In this document: positions 55,552 to 64,000 of the stretch, piece by piece
Layout of the letters: every line of letters begins with the position of its first letter
How positions within the stretch are numbered: the stretch's first letter is position 1
Source: Alphaproteobacteria bacterium
Lineage (GTDB): Bacteria > Pseudomonadota > Alphaproteobacteria > SP197
Assembly (NCBI GenBank): GCA_965228895.1
Contig: OZ245842.1
Location: 2,944,001 to 3,008,000, forward strand
Reading direction: 5' to 3'
Length of the DNA: 64,000 nucleotides
Made by a program: the position numbers and the translations under genes
The notes under the pieces: model-generated
What the model saw: the letters and a program-made list of their open reading frames with translations, nothing else
Databases searched by the model: none
Told to the model about the DNA's origin: nothing

Positions 55552-57538
55552 CGATCCGCTTGTTGTTTTCACCCCATCGGGCCGGCGTGGCAACTTCCGC
55601 CGCGGCACGAACCTGTTGCAGGCAGCGCGCGAGTTGGGCGTCGACCTGGATTCGGTGTGCGGCGGTCGCGGCATCTGCACGCGCTGCCAGGTCACCATTG
55701 GCGAAGGCGAGTTCGCCAAGCACGGCATTTCGTCCTCCAACGATCACCTGACACCGTTTACCGAGCCGGAACTTCGCCAACAGAAGTCCGGTCAGCTCAA
55801 ATCCGGCCGGCGCCTGTCTTGCCAGTCACGCATCGGCGGCGATCTCGTCGTTGACGTGCCGCCGGAATCGCAAGTCCACAAACAGGTCGTCCGAAAACGC
55901 GCGGAGGCACGCGCGGTCAAACTGAACCCTGTCGTCCACCTGCACTATGTCGAGGTGACGCCACCGGACATGCACGAACCGGCCGCGCACCTGCGACGCC
56001 TGAAACAGGCGTTGAAGGAACAATGGGACATCGATGCCGAGACCGCCGACATCCCGCTCCTTCAAAAGCTCAACAAGACGCTGGAGGAAGGCGAGTACAA
56101 GGTCACGGTCTTCCTGCGCGAGGGCAAGCGTATCCTGGATGTCCGTCCGGGTTTCTACGACAAACTGTTCGGCATGGCGGTGGATGTCGGCTCGACCACC
56201 ATCGCCGCCCATCTGTGTGATCTGCAGACCGGCGAGGTCGTCGCCTCGGCGGGGCGCATGAACCCGCAGATCCGCTTCGGCGAAGACCTGATGAGCCGGG
56301 TCAGCTACGTGATGATGAACCCGGGCGGCGACGAAGAGATGACCGCGGCGGTGCGCGAGTCGTTGAACGAACTGGCGCTGGAGACGGCCAAGGAAGCCGG
56401 CATTAACCCACTCGACATCATGGAAGTCACGATCGCCGGCAACCCGATCATGCATCATCTGGTGCTGGGTATCGATCCGACGCCGCTGGGCTTCGCGCCG
56501 TTCGCGCTATCGACCGACGAATCGACGGAGCTTTGGGCGAGCGAGATCGACCTGCATCTGAACCCGGGCACCAGGGTCTATGTGCTGCCCTGTATCGCCG
56601 GTCATGTCGGCGCCGATGCGGCCGGTGTGGTGTTGTCGGAGATGCCTTATCACGCCGATGACATGACCTTGATCGTCGATGTCGGCACCAACGCCGAAAT
56701 CATCCTGGGCAACAAGGACCGCCTGCTCGCAGCATCGAGCCCGACCGGACCGGCGTTCGAAGGCGCCCAGGTCAGCAGCGGCCAGCGCGCCGCGCCGGGC
56801 GCCATCGAACGGGTGCGCATCGACCCGGAGACGCTGGAGCCGCGGTTCAAGGTGATCGGCGACGACACCTGGTCCGACGATCCCGATTTTGCGTCGACGC
56901 CGACCGGCATCTGCGGTTCCGGCATTATCGAGGTCTTGGCCGAGATGTACCTGACCGGCCTGTTGACCACCGATGGTGTGATCGACGGCGCCATGGCCGA
57001 ACGCACGCCGCGCCTGATCCAGCAGGACCGCACTTACGCCTATGTGATCCACGAGGGCAACCCGACGATCACGGTGACCCAGAACGACATCCGCCAGATC
57101 CAGCTCGCCAAGGGCGCGCTTTATGCCGGTGCCCGGCTGCTGATGGACCACATGGGTATCGAGACCGTCGACCGGGTGACGCTGGCCGGCGCCTTCGGCA
57201 GTCATATCGATACCAAGTACGCGATGATCCTGGGCATGATCCCCGACTGCGATCTCGCCAAAGTGGGCAGCGCCGGCAACGCGGCGGGTACCGGCGCGCG
57301 CATCGCATTGCTCAACAAGGACGCGCGTCGCGAGCTAGAAGAAGTCGTCCGCGACATCGAGAAGATTGAGACCGCGGTGGAGGCGAAGTTCCAGGAACAC
57401 TTCGTCGAAGCCATGGCGATCCCGCACAAGACCGCGCCCTACCCCAACCTGAACAAAGCGGTCACCCTGCCGGAACCGAAGTTCGCGGCAACGGACGAAG
57501 AAAACCCGCGCCGGCGCCGCCGCCGCAAGGCAGGTTGA
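55544..57538 (+). CDS. Reductive activator of corrinoid proteins (RACo/RamA-like; 2Fe-2S plus ASKHA)
   Basis: CGGRGICTRC...RLSC ferredoxin, DVGSTT, DVGTNAE, GPAFEG, GICGSG, LAGAFG. Confidence 0.93.
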   Translation: MADDPLVVFTPSGRRGNFRRGTNLLQAARELGVDLDSVCGGRGICTRCQVTIGEGEFAKHGISSSNDHLTPFTEPELRQQKSGQLKSGRRLSCQSRIGGDLVVDVPPESQVHKQVVRKRAEARAVKLNPVVHLHYVEVTPPDMHEPAAHLRRLKQALKEQWDIDAETADIPLLQKLNKTLEEGEYKVTVFLREGKRILDVRPGFYDKLFGMAVDVGSTTIAAHLCDLQTGEVVASAGRMNPQIRFGEDLMSRVSYVMMNPGGDEEMTAAVRESLNELALETAKEAGINPLDIMEVTIAGNPIMHHLVLGIDPTPLGFAPFALSTDESTELWASEIDLHLNPGTRVYVLPCIAGHVGADAAGVVLSEMPYHADDMTLIVDVGTNAEIILGNKDRLLAASSPTGPAFEGAQVSSGQRAAPGAIERVRIDPETLEPRFKVIGDDTWSDDPDFASTPTGICGSGIIEVLAEMYLTGLLTTDGVIDGAMAERTPRLIQQDRTYAYVIHEGNPTITVTQNDIRQIQLAKGALYAGARLLMDHMGIETVDRVTLAGAFGSHIDTKYAMILGMIPDCDLAKVGSAGNAAGTGARIALLNKDARRELEEVVRDIEKIETAVEAKFQEHFVEAMAIPHKTAPYPNLNKAVTLPEPKFAATDEENPRRRRRRKAG

Positions 57539-57593
57539 GCATTTGCCAAAAACACCGCTCCTCTAGAAACGGCGCAACAAGGGTGAGCGCGCT

Positions 57594-58472
57594 GTGAACT
57601 TCGTGACCGATGTCCTGCTACCGCTGGCACTGGCGTTCATCATGCTGACCATGGGGCTGGCGCTGACGCCCCGTGACTTCTTTCGTGTCGTGCGCCAGCC
57701 GCGCGCCGCCGTCATCGGCCTGGTCGCCCAAATCATCGCGCTGCCCCTGATCGCGTTTGTCATGATCGTGGCCTGGCGCGCGGTTGGCGTCATGGACCCG
57801 GTGCTGGCGGTCGGTTTCATGATCATCGCAGCCTGTCCGGGCGGTGTTACCTCCAACTTGCTGACCCATCTGGCGCGCGGCGACACCGCGCTGTCGATCA
57901 GCCTGACGGCGGTCACCAGCGTCTTGGCCGGCATCACCATCCCGCTGATCGTGACAGCGTCCAACGCCTGGTTTCTGGGCGCCGACGCGCCACCCCTTCC
58001 CCTGTTCGGTACGATCGTCGGCATCTTTGGCATCGTGACCGTGCCGGTCCTGATCGGCATGGCGATCAAAGGCGTGCGGCCGACGTTCGCCGCACGCATT
58101 GAGCCGGCCTGTCGCCACGCTGCGACGGCGCTCTTTGTCATTATCGTGATTGCCGCCGTCGCCGCCGAATGGCAACTCCTGACCACCCATTTCAACGAGA
58201 TCGGCCCGCCGGTTCTGGTGCTCAATCTCGTCTGCATGGTCATGGGCTGGTCGCTGGCCAGGGCCGCCCGCTTGGGGCGCGATCAATCGGTCGCCATCAC
58301 GCTGGAGGCCGGCCTGCAGAACGGCACGCTCGCCGTCTTGATCGCGGCCACCTTCTTGGGCAATGAACTAATGGTCGTGCCGGGCGCGGTCTATAGCCTG
58401 GTCATGTTCTTCACCGCGGGCGTCTACGTTGCGACATCAGCGGCGCGACGGCCGGCGACCAGCGAGACCTGA
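57594..58472 (+). CDS. Bile acid:sodium symporter (BASS) family protein
   Basis: IMxxMGL, CPGGVTSN, GDTALS, ExGLQN. Confidence 0.92.
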   Translation: MNFVTDVLLPLALAFIMLTMGLALTPRDFFRVVRQPRAAVIGLVAQIIALPLIAFVMIVAWRAVGVMDPVLAVGFMIIAACPGGVTSNLLTHLARGDTALSISLTAVTSVLAGITIPLIVTASNAWFLGADAPPLPLFGTIVGIFGIVTVPVLIGMAIKGVRPTFAARIEPACRHAATALFVIIVIAAVAAEWQLLTTHFNEIGPPVLVLNLVCMVMGWSLARAARLGRDQSVAITLEAGLQNGTLAVLIAATFLGNELMVVPGAVYSLVMFFTAGVYVATSAARRPATSET

Positions 58473-58520
58473 AACCACGGCCGCGCTCCCGCGCAACGCG
58501 CCCGTCTACCGGTTCAACGG

Positions 58521-59138
58521 TCAGGCCTTCAGCCGTTCGTCAATAAAGTCGTGGCACACCTGGATCGCGCCCTTGCGGTCGACGGCGCCGACCTCGAGTG
58601 AGAGATCCAGCCAAAGGCCATCGATAAGCGCAACGAGCCCAATTGATGCGCGCGACGCATCGATGTCGCGGCCAAGCTGCACTGCCGCCCGGTCAAAAAG
58701 CTTCTCGGCGCGTTCGCGGTAGCCGACATAGAGCTCGCGGTTGGCGTCGCGCACGGCGGGGTTGAAACGGATCTCGTGCCAAAGGGCAAGGAACGCGGCA
58801 CGGTTGGTTGGCGAGAAGACGGTTGTCGAGAACATCCCGCGCGGCCAGGCGTAGAGTCTGGCGACCATATCGTCGCCGGCCGCCGCGATCGCCTTGCTGG
58901 TGCCCTCGACGATACGCCCGAACAGGTGCTGCAGGGCGGCGACCAAAAGCTCGTCCTTGTTGGCATAGTAGTGCCCGATAAGGCCGTGCGACGTCCCCGC
59001 CTCCTTCGTGATGGCCCGCACCGTCGCACCGGCGACACCCTTCTTGGCCAGCATGTCGATGGTCGCTTCCATCAACAACCGCCGCCGGTACTCGTTGATC
59101 TCCGGTTGGGTTCTCGGCCGCTGCTCGGTCCGTGCCAT
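58521..59138 (-). CDS. TetR regulator (BetI-like)
   Basis: N-terminal HTH TVRAITKEAGTSHGLIGHYY; C-terminal ALIDGLWL of BetI-type domains. Confidence 0.88.
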   Translation of the reverse strand: MARTEQRPRTQPEINEYRRRLLMEATIDMLAKKGVAGATVRAITKEAGTSHGLIGHYYANKDELLVAALQHLFGRIVEGTSKAIAAAGDDMVARLYAWPRGMFSTTVFSPTNRAAFLALWHEIRFNPAVRDANRELYVGYRERAEKLFDRAAVQLGRDIDASRASIGLVALIDGLWLDLSLEVGAVDRKGAIQVCHDFIDERLKA

Positions 59139-59205
59139 TCGGATTCCTGAAAAAAGACTGGCTGGTCACCGAAACTAGCCGATTCGATCGGTGTGTCCAA
59201 CTTTT

Positions 59206-59223
59206 CCTGGACAAGTGTCCAGG
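59206..59223. promoter_or_regulatory. Palindromic TetR operator candidate
   Basis: Perfect CCTGGACA-AG-TGTCCAGG between the divergent tetR and phyH genes; extra half-site TGTCCAA at 59194-59200. Confidence 0.65.
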
Positions 59224-59269
59224 TTTTGCTATTTTGCGATAATCAAAGATTGAATCATGGGGTGACACG

Positions 59270-60115
59270 ATGAGCGCCACGGTGATCCGTCTGCCCGGAC
59301 ACAGCACGGCGGCCACGATCAGCCAGCTCTTGGACCGCGACGGCGTGGTCATTGTCGAGGACTTCTTCTCGGCCTCCTGGCTCAAGCGCTACAACGGCGA
59401 GGTCCAGCCGCTGATCGACAACCATCGGCGGACATACACCGGGGTCGAGGCGTTCGACGACTTCCTGGGCTACAAGACTGTGAGAATGCAGGGGCTGGCG
59501 GCCAAGACGCCGTCGTTCATCGACGCGTTTGTCGACGACCGGCTGCTTGCGGTCATGGATCACCTGCTGTTGCCGCTCTGCACGAGTTACCTGCTTTCAG
59601 CAGGCGAACTGATCGAGATCAGAAGCCAGGAGACGTCGCAAAGGCTGCACACCGACAACAACTCCTGGCCAACACCGATCCAGAACATGGGCCCGCTCGT
59701 CGCCAATGCCATGGTCGCGCTAACTGACTTTACTGATGACAACGGCGCCACCCTTGTCGTCCCCGGCAGTCACCTGTGGGCCAAGGGCCACCTGCCGGAA
59801 CCAGACGATATCGCCAAGGCCGCCATGCCGGCGGGGTCCGTCGCGATCTTCACCGGGGACACCATTCACGCCGGCGGCACCAGCACGTCCGACGACATCC
59901 GGCGCGGCCTCTCGATCTCCTACTGCGCGGGCTGGCTGCGTCCGGTCGAGAACCATTTCCTGAACCTGGACGTTGATGCGGTGCGCGCCATGCCGGACGC
60001 TGCCCGCGCCCTGCTCGGCTACGATGTTTATGACGGCACGGGCCGCGGCAACGGCGTACTCGGGTACTATGAGATGGGCAGCCCGAAAGACCTGTTCAAA
60101 GACGCCGCCGACTAA
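59270..60115 (+). CDS. PhyH-family Fe(II)/2-oxoglutarate dioxygenase
   Basis: QRLHTD, NGATLVVPGSH, HAGG, GWLRPVEN. Confidence 0.9.
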   Translation: MSATVIRLPGHSTAATISQLLDRDGVVIVEDFFSASWLKRYNGEVQPLIDNHRRTYTGVEAFDDFLGYKTVRMQGLAAKTPSFIDAFVDDRLLAVMDHLLLPLCTSYLLSAGELIEIRSQETSQRLHTDNNSWPTPIQNMGPLVANAMVALTDFTDDNGATLVVPGSHLWAKGHLPEPDDIAKAAMPAGSVAIFTGDTIHAGGTSTSDDIRRGLSISYCAGWLRPVENHFLNLDVDAVRAMPDAARALLGYDVYDGTGRGNGVLGYYEMGSPKDLFKDAAD

Positions 60116-61671
60116 CCGACAGTGAACTGCGTCATCATGCCGGAATCCTCATGCTCGAGATTGTGGCAATGGGCCATGAACGGCGTGTCGGATCCCGCCG
60201 GATGCTCAAAACTGACCTGAATCTCACAGGTGCCGCCGTCTTTTACCGGCGCCATATCCTTCCAACCCGCCATGTAGGCAGGCGGCGCGGCACCATCGAT
60301 GGCAAGAATGCGAAACTGGCAACCGTGGATGTGAACGGGGTGCAGCATCTTATCGTCGCCTTCGGAGATCACCCAACGTAGGTTCTTGTTAATCGGTATG
60401 TCGAAGGGAATGACGTTTAGATCGAAGGGTTTGCCGTTGACGGTGTTCGCGCTGAGCTGCTCCTCCAGGGTCATCGCCGGCCCATCCACGATCACCTTTG
60501 TGACGTCTTCGATGGTCGCCGCATCCATCGCGCCGGTGTCCGACATGCCCATTAGGCCGGCCTTTTTGAACAGTGCCATGCCTTTGTCATCCAGGTTCAT
60601 GCCCATAACGAGCTGCTGACTCGTCGCCGGGAGATCCGGGTCGAGGGGCGGAAGTGAAGCCAGGCTATCGGGCAGAACCCCGACAGTCTCGGTATCTGCC
60701 GGTGTCAGTGTCACGAGCGGCAGTGGCTGATCGAAGGGCGGCAGCTTCATCGCCATCTGGTCGACAGGCAGGTTGACGAGATCGAACGCCTTGCCATCAC
60801 GCGCATCGACCATCACCTCGTACCGTTCGCCAGAAAAGAGCGTCAGGTCTTTTACCTCGACCGGTTCGGCGAGCAGACCGCCATCGCTGGCCACAACATA
60901 GAGTGTCCGGTCGTCGGATGCCTTAACTCGATAGGTCCGCGCGTTGGATCCGTTCAACAGGCGCAAGCGCAGCCATCCCCTGCCCGTCGTCGCGGCGGGG
61001 TAGTTGGCGCCGTTGACCAGCATGTGGTCGCCGACGTAGCCCGTCGTGACGGCAGCCAGATTGAAGCGGTGAAAGAAGTTGCCGTCGGCGGTGAACCGGC
61101 GGTCCTGCAGAATGATCGGTATGTCGTCAACCCCCCATTGGGAGGGCAGGCCCAAGGTGCCGCTCTCGTCGTCGTCGATGATAAACATTCCCGCCACGCC
61201 CTTGATGACCTGTTCGGCCGTGGTCGGATAGAAATGCGGGTGATACCAGCAGGTGGCGGCCGGTTGCGCGATATCGAGCGGCGCCGTCCAGGTGTCACCG
61301 TCCTTGATGACGCTGTGGGGGCCACCATCGACCTGCCCCGGAACCTTCAGGCCATGCCAGTGCATGGTCGTGTCTTCGCCCAGCCCGTTGGTGACCTTCA
61401 TGGTCACCCGCTCGCCACGGCTGACACGCACCGTCGGTCCGAGGAAGCTGCCGTTGACGCCGAACGTATCGGTCAGACCCGAGTCGACAAAACGATGCGT
61501 ACCCTGTTGCGACGTCAACTCGATGTTGCCGCCGGCGTCGGCGCGGATTTCAGGCGGGATAGGCAAAGCCACGCGGCCCTTGGCCGAAACCGGTAATCCG
61601 ACGCCGAGCGCCATCCCCACGCCCGCAGCGGTGCCACCAACGAGGACGTCACGTCTGTTCAACTTCAACAT
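60112..61671 (-). CDS. Tat-exported multicopper oxidase (CueO-like)
   Basis: NRRDVL Tat motif; HWHG, WYHPH, HPVHIHG, HCHNLEHEDSGMM. Confidence 0.93.
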   Translation of the reverse strand: MLKLNRRDVLVGGTAAGVGMALGVGLPVSAKGRVALPIPPEIRADAGGNIELTSQQGTHRFVDSGLTDTFGVNGSFLGPTVRVSRGERVTMKVTNGLGEDTTMHWHGLKVPGQVDGGPHSVIKDGDTWTAPLDIAQPAATCWYHPHFYPTTAEQVIKGVAGMFIIDDDESGTLGLPSQWGVDDIPIILQDRRFTADGNFFHRFNLAAVTTGYVGDHMLVNGANYPAATTGRGWLRLRLLNGSNARTYRVKASDDRTLYVVASDGGLLAEPVEVKDLTLFSGERYEVMVDARDGKAFDLVNLPVDQMAMKLPPFDQPLPLVTLTPADTETVGVLPDSLASLPPLDPDLPATSQQLVMGMNLDDKGMALFKKAGLMGMSDTGAMDAATIEDVTKVIVDGPAMTLEEQLSANTVNGKPFDLNVIPFDIPINKNLRWVISEGDDKMLHPVHIHGCQFRILAIDGAAPPAYMAGWKDMAPVKDGGTCEIQVSFEHPAGSDTPFMAHCHNLEHEDSGMMTQFTVG

Positions 61672-61732
61672 CTCATTCACCCCACACCTGCAAATCACTG
61701 ACTTCAAGTCGCCCACCGAACGGCCGAACAGC

Positions 61733-62497
61733 TTAGCCCAAACGGCGCGCAGAGCTTATCCCCAAATCGGCAACGCGACGTTGATTGGCATCGAAAAGCG
61801 ACGCCACCGACAAGACGGTTCGTGCATAGAGCGCCAGCGCTGCACGCCCGCGCGCCTCTGGCTTGGCAGCGTCGAAGCCGGCGGCGACGTGAAAGGCCGC
61901 CGTCCATTCCGAATCGACGGCCATCGCCTCGAGAGCGATGTCGAACAGCCGGTTTTCCGAGGATATGAAAAGCCGCCGGTGCACCACCATGGCCTCGGCC
62001 AGCCCCACAACTAAGCCGATGGTGCCATAGAGCACCTGTGCATGGTGTTCCCGCTCCAAACCACCGGCGACCTTGAGCGCTTCTTCCGCCAGGGCGGCGA
62101 CCTCGGCGGCGACATGACGGTCCGTCCGGTCGCCAACATCGTCCCATGAAAAGGCACGCGCCCGCTCGATAAGTTGCGCAGCGGCACCATGCCGGTCGAA
62201 CAAAATCACCGCATCGCGCAAGGCAGGGACTTGCCATACCGCCTTGGCCGGATCCTGAAGTGCGGCTTCCTCTCGTGTTACCGCCAACGTCTTCAGCGTC
62301 ACCAAACGGCCGGATCCATCGGTCGTGCAGACGAGCCGGCCATGATCGTCGTCCAGCGCCACGTGGCGTGCCAGATCGATATCGCTAGACGGTGCGTGGT
62401 CGCCTCGGGCGCGGCTGCCGACAAGAAGCAACGCCAGCGTTTCGTCATCGACAAAACGCCGGATTAGAGCGTCACGATCGATGTCATCTTGGATCAA
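61733..62497 (-). CDS. Nucleotidyltransferase (KNTase-like architecture)
   Basis: VGSRARGD...SDID Pol-beta motif followed by a helical C-terminal domain. Confidence 0.72.
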   Translation of the reverse strand: MIQDDIDRDALIRRFVDDETLALLLVGSRARGDHAPSSDIDLARHVALDDDHGRLVCTTDGSGRLVTLKTLAVTREEAALQDPAKAVWQVPALRDAVILFDRHGAAAQLIERARAFSWDDVGDRTDRHVAAEVAALAEEALKVAGGLEREHHAQVLYGTIGLVVGLAEAMVVHRRLFISSENRLFDIALEAMAVDSEWTAAFHVAAGFDAAKPEARGRAALALYARTVLSVASLFDANQRRVADLGISSARRLG

Positions 62498-62515
62498 AGC
62501 GCCTGAGGCTACAGG

Positions 62516-63556
62516 TCACCCCACCGAGCGCCGTTCCTCGCGCGGTGTGCGGCCGAAGTATTCGCGGTAGCGGCGCGAGAAGTGCGACGCCGAGACGAAA
62601 CCTGACGCCAGCGCAATCGCCAGGATCGAGCTGGTGCCTTGCATCAGCATCATACGCGCCTGGTTCAAGCGGATCTCGCGGTAATAACGCGACGGCGTGC
62701 GGCCCAGATGTTTCTTGAACAGACGCTCCAACTGCCGAGTCGACAGGCCGACCGAGTCGGCGATATCGGGCAGCGCCAGGGTCTCCTCGAGATTCTTTTC
62801 CATTTCCGCGATGGCGGCGAGCAGTTTGGGATCGCTGACGCCGACCCTGGACTGTAGCGCCATGCGTTGATGATCGTGGGCATCGCGGATGCGGTCGTGA
62901 ATGAATTGTTCCGAAACCTTGCCGGCGAGCTCCTGGCCGTGCGACATGCCGACCAGATGCAACATCAGGTCAAGCGACGCCGTCCCGCCGGAACAGGTGA
63001 TGCGGTTGCGGTCGAGTTCATAGATGTCGTCGGTGACCTCGATATCGGGAAACGCTTCCTGAAACGTCTCCAGGTCTTCCCAATGGATCGTGCAGCGGTA
63101 GCCGTTCAAGAGCCCGGCGCGCGCCAGGATGTGACTGCCGGTGCACAGGCTGCCGACCCGCGCGCCCTGGCGCGCCAGTTTTCTGAGCCAGGCATAAACC
63201 GAGCGGTCATCAAACCGATGCGCGTCGATGCCCGAGCAGACAAAGATCGTCGCGCAGTGATCGATCTCGGCGATGCCGGCATCGGCGATCACCTGCAGAC
63301 CGTTACTGGCGGCAACCGGCTGGCCGTCACGCGAATAGACTTTCCAGTTATAGAGCTCGCAGCCGCTCATGCGGTTGGCCGAGCGCAGCGGCTCAACGGC
63401 CGCGGTAAACGCCATCATGGAAAAGTGGGGCACCAGAAAAAAGCTGATGGTTTCCGGCCCCGAACGATCGGGCTGCATCGCAGGCGACGCGCGCTGCACC
63501 GGCTTCGCCCGGCCGTTGCCGCTGTGACAGCTTGGTGATATCTGCCTTCCGTCCAT
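62516..63556 (-). CDS. GlxA/GbdR-like AraC regulator with glutamine amidotransferase-like domain
   Basis: FSMMAF...EPLRSANR, CTG, TIHWE, RQLERLF, FSRRYR; start may be 63478. Confidence 0.92.
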   Translation of the reverse strand: MDGRQISPSCHSGNGRAKPVQRASPAMQPDRSGPETISFFLVPHFSMMAFTAAVEPLRSANRMSGCELYNWKVYSRDGQPVAASNGLQVIADAGIAEIDHCATIFVCSGIDAHRFDDRSVYAWLRKLARQGARVGSLCTGSHILARAGLLNGYRCTIHWEDLETFQEAFPDIEVTDDIYELDRNRITCSGGTASLDLMLHLVGMSHGQELAGKVSEQFIHDRIRDAHDHQRMALQSRVGVSDPKLLAAIAEMEKNLEETLALPDIADSVGLSTRQLERLFKKHLGRTPSRYYREIRLNQARMMLMQGTSSILAIALASGFVSASHFSRRYREYFGRTPREERRSVG

Positions 63557-63666
63557 AGCCACGGAACCGCGCCTGTCATTCCAATTCAGACAAGTTAGTG
63601 TCGGAATCTGGCCAAGAGTCAATGATTTCCCACAGGCCCACCTGCGCTAGCCGGCCAGGGCCGGCT

Positions 63667-64000
63667 TCAGGGCTCGCCAAACAGCCATTCGTTGGCCGGG
63701 TTGGACGGCGCTTCGGTAACGTTATCGTAACTCATCAGTCCGATAAGGCGGTTCACGTCACCCCCGACCGGCCTGACGCGATGGAGCGCGTGGCGCCCGC
63801 GAAACAGCACGAGGTCGCCCGGCGATATGCTTAGCGACCGCATCGCGCCGGTCTGACCGCCAATCACGGCGGCGACGCCCGCATCGTTGTCGTCATCGCG
63901 CGCGCGCATCTCCGGCACAAAGTCGAACTCGCCGCCCGATGTGCTGGCGCGAAACAGGATCGAGGCGACGAGTTCGCAGGCGTCGAAATGCCAACCCACT
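63667..64000 (-). CDS. Fe(II)/2OG oxygenase, BesD/HalD-like family, 3' part only
   Basis: GWHFD, GGEF, PGDLVLFRGRHALHRV, R...SY; 5' end outside the window. Confidence 0.72.
   Translation of the reverse strand, partial: VGWHFDACELVASILFRASTSGGEFDFVPEMRARDDDNDAGVAAVIGGQTGAMRSLSISPGDLVLFRGRHALHRVRPVGGDVNRLIGLMSYDNVTEAPSNPANEWLFGEP

Noticed and set aside
1-64000. tRNA, rRNA, CRISPR array, IS, integrase or prophage genes
   Set aside because: None recognised by eye; the intergenic gaps are short and non-repetitive. Covariance-model scans were not run.

Overview
GC-rich (roughly 65% by eye) chromosomal region that looks alphaproteobacterial and is dominated by catabolism of methylated amines and betaines. 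It holds a partial dimethylglycine dehydrogenase, a CoxL-like/VOC/Rieske operon, a StcD(HpbA)-like demethylase with an HpbD-like enolase, two non-pyrrolysine MttB-superfamily methyltransferases, sarcosine oxidase soxBDAG, a peptide-type ABC transporter, tandem OYE flavoenzymes and a GbdR-like AraC regulator. A compact cobalamin methyl-transfer cluster comprises a corrinoid protein, DUF1638, a 'virulence factor' domain protein, MetF-MetV-MetF, a pterin-binding methyltransferase and a RACo activator. Accessory genes are interspersed: Co-type nitrile hydratase, APH(3'), a secreted chorismate mutase, a DMSP-lyase-like cupin, LemA/DUF2207 and a multicopper oxidase. Most notable observations: (i) poly-Arg tails on all four predicted catalytic partners of the corrinoid protein, which itself has a highly acidic N-terminus, suggesting an electrostatic docking code; (ii) a 1.4 kb low-GC islet bracketed by two diverged 67-bp copies of the Rieske gene 3' end; (iii) a recurring TGTCG-type box with 21-bp period in four intergenic regions; (iv) a possible hybrid B12-dependent proline-betaine pathway. 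I saw no rRNA, tRNA, CRISPR array, transposase or integrase. All family calls come from motif recognition by eye, not database searches.
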